A stretch of DNA of 64,000 nt from Verrucomicrobiales bacterium. GTDB taxonomy: Bacteria > Actinomycetota > Acidimicrobiia > Acidimicrobiales > SHLQ01. The notes under the pieces were generated by a model. The model was not told where the DNA came from, made no database searches, and saw only the letters and a list, made by a program, of their open reading frames with translations. The position numbers were made by a program, and so were the translations under genes. This document shows, piece by piece, positions 58,490-64,000 of this stretch. Where the stretch lies: positions 17,161-81,160 of the forward strand of contig JBLIMK010000003.1 in the NCBI GenBank assembly GCA_047638715.1, written 5' to 3'. Numbering within the stretch: the stretch's first letter is position 1; each line of letters starts with the position of its first letter.

Positions 58490-58627
58490 TTACGAGGCCG
58501 TCCTCCGGTCCGCCGCCAACTGCCTCACCGCCGACGTTCACTTACAGGGTTGGCCCACTCCAGACTAACGAGAAAATAGCCGCTCGTCAGCCCTTAAGTG
58601 CCAAAAGTATCACGCTAGGCGTTCCCC

Positions 58628-59389
58628 TCACGGCCGATTCCGGCCATTCAGTGTTTGAATCACGTGCGCTGTGAACTCGGGCCGACAGATCACGAGACTG
58701 TCGACTACCGGCCTCTCCTTGTTGAAAACGAGCGCCTCGCCGCGCGAATCGGTCGCATGCAGACCGGCAGCTAGAGCGACTGCCACAGGAGCGCACACGT
58801 CCCACTCATAGAGAGGGCCGTCATGAACGTAGACATCGGCATCTCCCGCCATCACCATCATTGCTTTAACACCGGCCGAACTGCACGCGATTAGATCGGC
58901 ATCCAAGGCCTCCGCCAATAACTCGCCGTCTGACCACGACCGGCTACGCCCTGTCACCACTACTGGACGCCGCGAACCACGGTCGGGAACGATCGGGACC
59001 TCGAGAGTCGACGCGGTCCACCCCATCCCGGGGACAGCGACCGCACCGACGAGCGCCTCACCGCTGATCGAGAGCGCGACGTGCACTGCCCATTCAGCGT
59101 TTCCGATCCCGAACCCGCTCGATCCATCGAGCGGGTCGACGATCCACGATCTGGCTTTCGCCACACGAGCGCCATCATCGTGGCCTTCTTCGGACAACAA
59201 TCCGTCGTCGGGACGATGCTCCCCAATGTCGCTGATAAGGAGATCGTGAGCTGCGACATCGCCGGATTGCTCAAGGCTCGACCGCAAGTCGCCATTCGCC
59301 AAGCCCTCTTGTTGGACATCGACCAACAAATCCGCCGTGGCGGCAGCAAAACGGTGTGCCAATTCGTGATCACTCGGAGGGTTGACCAC
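58628..59389 (-). CDS. Inositol monophosphatase/CysQ-family phosphatase
   Basis: LSEEG, WIVDPLDGS, SAGVKAM, EWDVCAP. Confidence 0.9.
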   Translation of the reverse strand: MVNPPSDHELAHRFAAATADLLVDVQQEGLANGDLRSSLEQSGDVAAHDLLISDIGEHRPDDGLLSEEGHDDGARVAKARSWIVDPLDGSSGFGIGNAEWAVHVALSISGEALVGAVAVPGMGWTASTLEVPIVPDRGSRRPVVVTGRSRSWSDGELLAEALDADLIACSSAGVKAMMVMAGDADVYVHDGPLYEWDVCAPVAVALAAGLHATDSRGEALVFNKERPVVDSLVICRPEFTAHVIQTLNGRNRP

Positions 59390-59397
59390 CGGGTCGA

Positions 59398-60897
59398 TCA
59401 GGCCCCTACGTCGGGTTCTGGTCGATCATCCGCGTCGCCCACGTCGCTATCGCGAGTCTGTTCTGGGCGCATTGTTGGAAAGAGAACAACGTCACGAATC
59501 GTGGTCGACCCAGTCAGCAGCATCACCAGTCGGTCCATACCGATTCCAAGCCCGCCGGTCGGAGGCATGCCGTATTCAAGGGCACGGATGTAGTCGAGAT
59601 CCATCCCCATCGCCTCCGCATCACCCGCTGCACGCTCTGCTTCTTGATCATTGAAGCGCGCGAGTTGCTCGTCGGGATCGATCAGTTCGCTGAACGCGTT
59701 GCAGAGTTCGCGACCTGCAACTATCGCTTCGAAACGTTCGGTGAGGCCAGGCTTGCTTCGATGATCCCGAGCCAGCGGAGACACTTCTTTGGGATAGTCG
59801 GTCACGAAGACGGGACCCCACAGCTGGCTCTCGGTCGTCTTCTCGTAGATTTCGAGAATCAGCTTGCCGGAACCGTAGTAATCCTTGACCTCGACGTCGT
59901 GTGCACGTGCGATCTGAGCCAGCTCGTCGCGGTCCATGTCGACGGAGAGTTCGAGTCCGGTGTGTTCGTGAATCAGGTCGGTCATCGAAGCGCGCTTCCA
60001 AGGAACCGAGAGATCCAACTCCCGCTCGTCGTATGTCAGCGTGGTCGACCCAACGATCGTTTGAGCGAGCTCGGACACGAGGTTCTCGACAAGCTCCATG
60101 ATGTCGTTGTAATCCGCATACGCCCAGTACAACTCGAGCATCGTGAACTCGGGATTGTGCCGGGTCGAAATGCCTTCATTCCGAAATACCCGGCCGATCT
60201 CGAAGACCCGTTCGAAGCCGCCGACCGTGAGCCTCTTGAGATAGAGCTCCGGCGCAATTCGAAGAAAGAGATCGAGGTCGAGTGCATTGTGATGGGTGGA
60301 GAACGGCCGCGCCATCGCTCCGCTCGCGACGCTGTGGAAAATTGGAGTCTCGACCTCCATGAAGTCACGATCTTCGAGCCAACGGCGTGTGAGCGACATG
60401 ATGCGGCTTCGATTGCGCAACGCCGAATTCGATTCTTCCGACACCCACAGATCGACATAACGCTGCCGATACCGCGTGTCGGGATCGCTCATGCCGTGCC
60501 ACTTGTCAGGGAACGGTCGACGGGTGCTAGCGAGCACAACCCACTCGCTCGGACGGATCGAGAGTTCGCCGCGACGGGTCTTGATCACCTCACCGGTCAC
60601 GCCAATCCAATCTCCGAGGCTCAATGCGGTGAAAGCTTCGAACTCTGGGGTGGTCTTGGCAGGTGCGAAAATTTGCACCCGGCCGACGCCATCTTGCACG
60701 ACGCCGAAAACGATCTTTCCCTGATCCCGCTTCAACATCAAGCGGCCGGCGACGGTCACGGTCCTTCCTGTTTCCGAACCGTCTTCGAGCTCGGCGTACT
60801 TCTCGTGGAGCTCAGCCGTCGACGCCGTCACCTCGTAGCGATAGGGGATGTCGAACGACCGCGGCTCGGCGGGTTCAGGGGGACTTGGTTCGGTCAT
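59398..60897 (-). CDS. lysS: Lysine--tRNA ligase (class II)
   Basis: [50 protein letters not shown]. Confidence 0.97.
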   Translation of the reverse strand: MTEPSPPEPAEPRSFDIPYRYEVTASTAELHEKYAELEDGSETGRTVTVAGRLMLKRDQGKIVFGVVQDGVGRVQIFAPAKTTPEFEAFTALSLGDWIGVTGEVIKTRRGELSIRPSEWVVLASTRRPFPDKWHGMSDPDTRYRQRYVDLWVSEESNSALRNRSRIMSLTRRWLEDRDFMEVETPIFHSVASGAMARPFSTHHNALDLDLFLRIAPELYLKRLTVGGFERVFEIGRVFRNEGISTRHNPEFTMLELYWAYADYNDIMELVENLVSELAQTIVGSTTLTYDERELDLSVPWKRASMTDLIHEHTGLELSVDMDRDELAQIARAHDVEVKDYYGSGKLILEIYEKTTESQLWGPVFVTDYPKEVSPLARDHRSKPGLTERFEAIVAGRELCNAFSELIDPDEQLARFNDQEAERAAGDAEAMGMDLDYIRALEYGMPPTGGLGIGMDRLVMLLTGSTTIRDVVLFPTMRPEQTRDSDVGDADDRPEPDVGA

Positions 60898-60903
60898 CAG
60901 CCT

Positions 60904-61707
60904 CTACCGATCGGTGTTGCGTTCGTGGACGATCCGCAGCCCGTGCAAGGTCAGGTACGGCTCGACGTGTTCCAGCGTTGACGCTACCGGCGCAATCACC
61001 GGCGCAAGGCCCCCCGTGGCCACGACCACTGCGTCACCCTCAAGTTCAGCTTGGAATCGGCGGACCATTCCATCGACCGACGCAGCAAATCCGTAGACCG
61101 CTCCGGATTGCAACGATTCGACGGTCGACTTTCCGATGACGCTGCGGGGTTCGACCAGCTCGATCGAGCTCAGAGCTGAAGCACGCCCGACCAGCGCGTC
61201 CATCGAAACCTCGATCCCGGGGGCGATCGCACCACCGAGAAACTCTCCGCTCGCCGACACGATGTCGTAGTTGTTCCCTGTGCCGAAGTCGACGATGATC
61301 GCCGGACCTCCGTAGAGCTCATATGCGGCGATGGCGTTCGCTATGCGATCAGCACCGACCTCGCGAGGGTTGTCGTACTTGATCGGCATGCCCGTCTTGA
61401 TTCCTGGTCCGATTACGACAGGATCGAAATCGAGGTATCGATCGGCGAGCGCTCGGAGCATCGCCTGAACTCTTGGGACACCGGAACACACGGCCACTCC
61501 GGTGAGATCGTCGAAGCTGACACGGGCAAAGTTTAAGAACCCGCCGAGCATCGCTGCGAACTCGTCGCTGGTTCGATCGTGGTCCGTCGACACTCTCCAA
61601 TGTTCGATCAGGCCATCTTCCGCGTTGACGCCAGGGGCGTTGTGATCGTAGAGACCAATCACCGTTTGGGTGTTGCCAACATCGATCGCGAGTAGATGAT
61701 CAGTCAT
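60904..61707 (-). CDS. coaX: Type III pantothenate kinase
   Basis: LAIDVGNT, VGADR, VDFGT, GGAIAPG, VATGG. Confidence 0.95.
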   Translation of the reverse strand: MTDHLLAIDVGNTQTVIGLYDHNAPGVNAEDGLIEHWRVSTDHDRTSDEFAAMLGGFLNFARVSFDDLTGVAVCSGVPRVQAMLRALADRYLDFDPVVIGPGIKTGMPIKYDNPREVGADRIANAIAAYELYGGPAIIVDFGTGNNYDIVSASGEFLGGAIAPGIEVSMDALVGRASALSSIELVEPRSVIGKSTVESLQSGAVYGFAASVDGMVRRFQAELEGDAVVVATGGLAPVIAPVASTLEHVEPYLTLHGLRIVHERNTDR

Positions 61708-62582
61708 GGTTTACGACCCGAGTCGGCGGAAATGTCGAGTCCAATGTCGAGCGTCGGTGCACCGAAACTCAGCTTCGATGTAGAGATCATGTCGACTCCC
61801 GTGTGACTGATCTCGTCGATGGTCGTGAGATCGATTCCGCCGCTCGCCTCGAGCAGCGGCCGTTTGCTGGTTCCGACGAGCGATCCGACCCGTGCGACCG
61901 CTTCACGGAGGAGGTCCGGGCCCATGTTGTCCAGCAGAATTGCGTCGGCCTCCGCCGCGACTGCAGCTTCTAATTGCTCGAGCCGATCTGCCTCGACATG
62001 AACCGTGCGAGCCGGCCAACGCCGCTTCGCCTCCATCACGCCGTCAGCGATCGAGACACCCATGAGATGGTTGTCCTTGAGCATGATCCAGTCGCTCAGG
62101 TTTCCTCGATGATTGCGAGCGCCGCCAGCCCGGACGGCTGCCTTCTCGAGCGCCCGCAGGCCAGGTGTCGTCTTGCGAGTGTCCCAAACCTGAGCTTCGC
62201 CCGTGGCCGCGTCCACGTATTGGCGAGTATTCGTCGCGATGCCCGACAGATACATCAGAAAGTTCAACGCGGTTCGTTCGGCGATGAGAATCGATTCGAG
62301 CGAGCCGGCCATCGTTCCCAGCACTTGGCGCGATTCGACCACCTCGCCCTCATCGACCATCCAGTTCAGCTCAAGGGCTGGATCGACCTGGTGAATCGTC
62401 TCCTCGACGCATGCCGAACCAGCGATCACCCCTCCGGGACGAACAACGAAACGCGCCGTCGCTGTCGTGCCACTCGGGAGAAGCGCGGCACTCAGGTCGC
62501 CGAGCGGTGTGAGGTCTTCAGCGAGCGCTCGACGGACAGCGTCGACGACCTCATGTCGTGGTGGATGCAAGTATCGAGACAC
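61704..62582 (-). CDS. nadC: Quinolinate phosphoribosyltransferase
   Basis: AERTALN, DTRKTTPGLR.LEK.AV, LKDNH, LLDNM, EASGGI. Confidence 0.95.
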   Translation of the reverse strand: MSRYLHPPRHEVVDAVRRALAEDLTPLGDLSAALLPSGTTATARFVVRPGGVIAGSACVEETIHQVDPALELNWMVDEGEVVESRQVLGTMAGSLESILIAERTALNFLMYLSGIATNTRQYVDAATGEAQVWDTRKTTPGLRALEKAAVRAGGARNHRGNLSDWIMLKDNHLMGVSIADGVMEAKRRWPARTVHVEADRLEQLEAAVAAEADAILLDNMGPDLLREAVARVGSLVGTSKRPLLEASGGIDLTTIDEISHTGVDMISTSKLSFGAPTLDIGLDISADSGRKP

Positions 62583-63346
62583 TCGCTGAATCTAGCCGCA
62601 TCACCGGTTCGACCGTTGATGATGCCGACCACCAAGAAGGCCAGCACGAGACAGAACCCGACGTGGAAGATCGGCAAGGTTCCTAGAACCCAGCCCCAAA
62701 CCGCACCCACGGCTACCGAGACCGTCAGAACCGCGATGGCGACCGGCCGCGCTGCGTTCGGCATCGCTCGATCGCGGGCGTGGGTCACCTCTTCGCCGCC
62801 GTACCACTCAGCGAGGTGCCTTCGGGACACGACCAGGACGAAGAGGACGACCCCGACGAGTGAGCCGAAGGTATGTCCGATGTACTGGAGGAGCTTCGCC
62901 GCATGAACCGGCCCCATCGAGCCTTCGAGGAGCACGCGGTTCAGACCGAAGAGGTTCGCACCGAAACGATCGGTGTGCGTGAACGAGTCGACCAGCACGT
63001 GGCTTGCCACTCCGATGAGTCCTGACAACGCGGTGACAAGAAATCCGGGTCGACCGGCTTTGAGCACCCGATAGCTCTTCACTCGAAGCGGGCCGAAATC
63101 GGGCATAGAGCCGAACAAACCGTCCGCCGCAAACCGACGCAGGAGAATCGCGTAGATGATCGCGAACGGAACGGCCGCGGCAATTCCATCCCAACCATGG
63201 GAGTCGAACGTGTCGAAGTTTGCGAAGGCGTTGAAGAGGTCGGGGCTTCCGGACCCGACGACCAGTGCTGTTCCGTCGAACCAGCGCGGACGCCAAAGCT
63301 TGAGTGGAAGAACGAAGGTCTGATGCGCAGGGAAGGTGAGGGGCAC
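62492..63346 (-). CDS. DUF4184 family membrane protein
   Basis: Starts (GTG)PLTFPAHQ..VLPL, LVVGSGSPD, SHVLVDSFTH, LQYIGH; 3' end overlaps nadC by 91 nt. Confidence 0.8.
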   Translation of the reverse strand: MPLTFPAHQTFVLPLKLWRPRWFDGTALVVGSGSPDLFNAFANFDTFDSHGWDGIAAAVPFAIIYAILLRRFAADGLFGSMPDFGPLRVKSYRVLKAGRPGFLVTALSGLIGVASHVLVDSFTHTDRFGANLFGLNRVLLEGSMGPVHAAKLLQYIGHTFGSLVGVVLFVLVVSRRHLAEWYGGEEVTHARDRAMPNAARPVAIAVLTVSVAVGAVWGWVLGTLPIFHVGFCLVLAFLVVGIINGRTGDAARFSECLDTCIHHDMRSSTLSVERSLKTSHRSAT

Positions 63347-63406
63347 GAGATGCACGGTGACCCCTTCGACCGAAAGCCCAACGAAAACCTCCAACCTGTG
63401 GCCACT

Positions 63407-63488
63407 CGCCCATGGGGTCACGCCCATGGGGTCAGGTCTCAACAATTAACAATTATCTTTAAGGGTCAAGTCTCAACAATTAACAGTT
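63407..63488. repeat. Nested short direct repeats (14-bp x2 and 26-bp x2)
   Basis: CGCCCATGGGGTCA at 63407 and 63421; GGGTCARGTCTCAACAATTAACARTT at 63429-63454 and 63463-63488. Confidence 0.85.
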
Positions 63489-63502
63489 GTAGGTTCACGC
63501 CA

Positions 63503-64000
63503 ATGACCTCGACGCTTCAGTTGCACAGCGGGGATGGACGAGCGACGGTGGCGGTCGACGTCGCGAACGGCGGCCGAGTCTCATCGCTTCGTATTGACGG
63601 AGTCGAGTTTCTCGTTGGTTCCGGAACAGGATCAGGCCCGTTGAGCTGGGGCCTCTATCCAATGGTGCCGTTCGCTGGGCGTCTCCGAAATGGCCACGTC
63701 AGTTTCGAAGGGCGAGAGGTGCAGCTACCGCTTACGAATGGGCCTCACGCAATACATGGGTACGGATTCACTAATCCATGGACGCGTCTTAGTGAGACCG
63801 AAATTCGATACGAGCTACACCATCCATGGCCTTGGAAAGGCGATGTAATTCAACGATTTGAGCTAAGAGAGTCATCCCTGACGCTCGTCATACAAGTGAA
63901 CGCAGTCGACCGACAGCCATTCCAACTCGGCTGGCACCCGTGGTTCAATCGCACTGTGAGCACGGGCGAAGAGGCCACGCTGAAATTTGAGGCGCAGAGC
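63503..64000 (+). CDS. Aldose 1-epimerase family protein (partial, runs off the window)
   Basis: Own translation: GGRVSSL, YPMVPFAGRLRNG, HAIHG, WPW, LGWHPWF; leaderless TAGGTT-N7-ATG. Confidence 0.88.
   Translation, partial: MTSTLQLHSGDGRATVAVDVANGGRVSSLRIDGVEFLVGSGTGSGPLSWGLYPMVPFAGRLRNGHVSFEGREVQLPLTNGPHAIHGYGFTNPWTRLSETEIRYELHHPWPWKGDVIQRFELRESSLTLVIQVNAVDRQPFQLGWHPWFNRTVSTGEEATLKFEAQS

Noticed and set aside
17285-60981. Long antisense ORFs (e.g. 17285-18739, 31563-32618, 46227-47285, 54576-55598, 59644-60981)
   Set aside because: Shadow frames opposite well-supported genes, expected in GC-rich DNA; no family motifs.

Overview
GC-rich (roughly 60-65% by eye) chromosomal segment of an actinobacterium, most likely class Acidimicrobiia, judged from gene content, clpC/lysS/coaX/nadC sequence style and pervasive leaderless promoters. 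About 50 CDS; I found no rRNA, tRNA, CRISPR array or intact transposase/integrase. Housekeeping and metabolic genes: fda, hisC, clpC, polyprenyl synthase, pgm, metY, lysS, coaX, nadC. Most notable: (1) an exported thioredoxin-fold lipoprotein with an in-frame TGA at the first Cys of its CxxC motif (UxxC selenoprotein, split in the ORF track); (2) a herA-sbcD-sbcC-nurA operon in the archaeal herA-mre11-rad50-nurA order; (3) a probable sulfoquinovose monooxygenase locus with an NAD+-dependent sulfoquinovosidase, sharing a LacI-type operator with a sugar ABC transporter; (4) an ECF sigma/poly-Asp membrane protein cassette flanked by a decayed direct duplication; (5) a highly structured metY leader and a structured leader plus probable ATC start for an SNF2 helicase; (6) unusual fusions: LppM-TM-HAD, RTX-Rpf, RimK-TrkA_C. 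Family assignments come from motif reading and recall, not from database searches.
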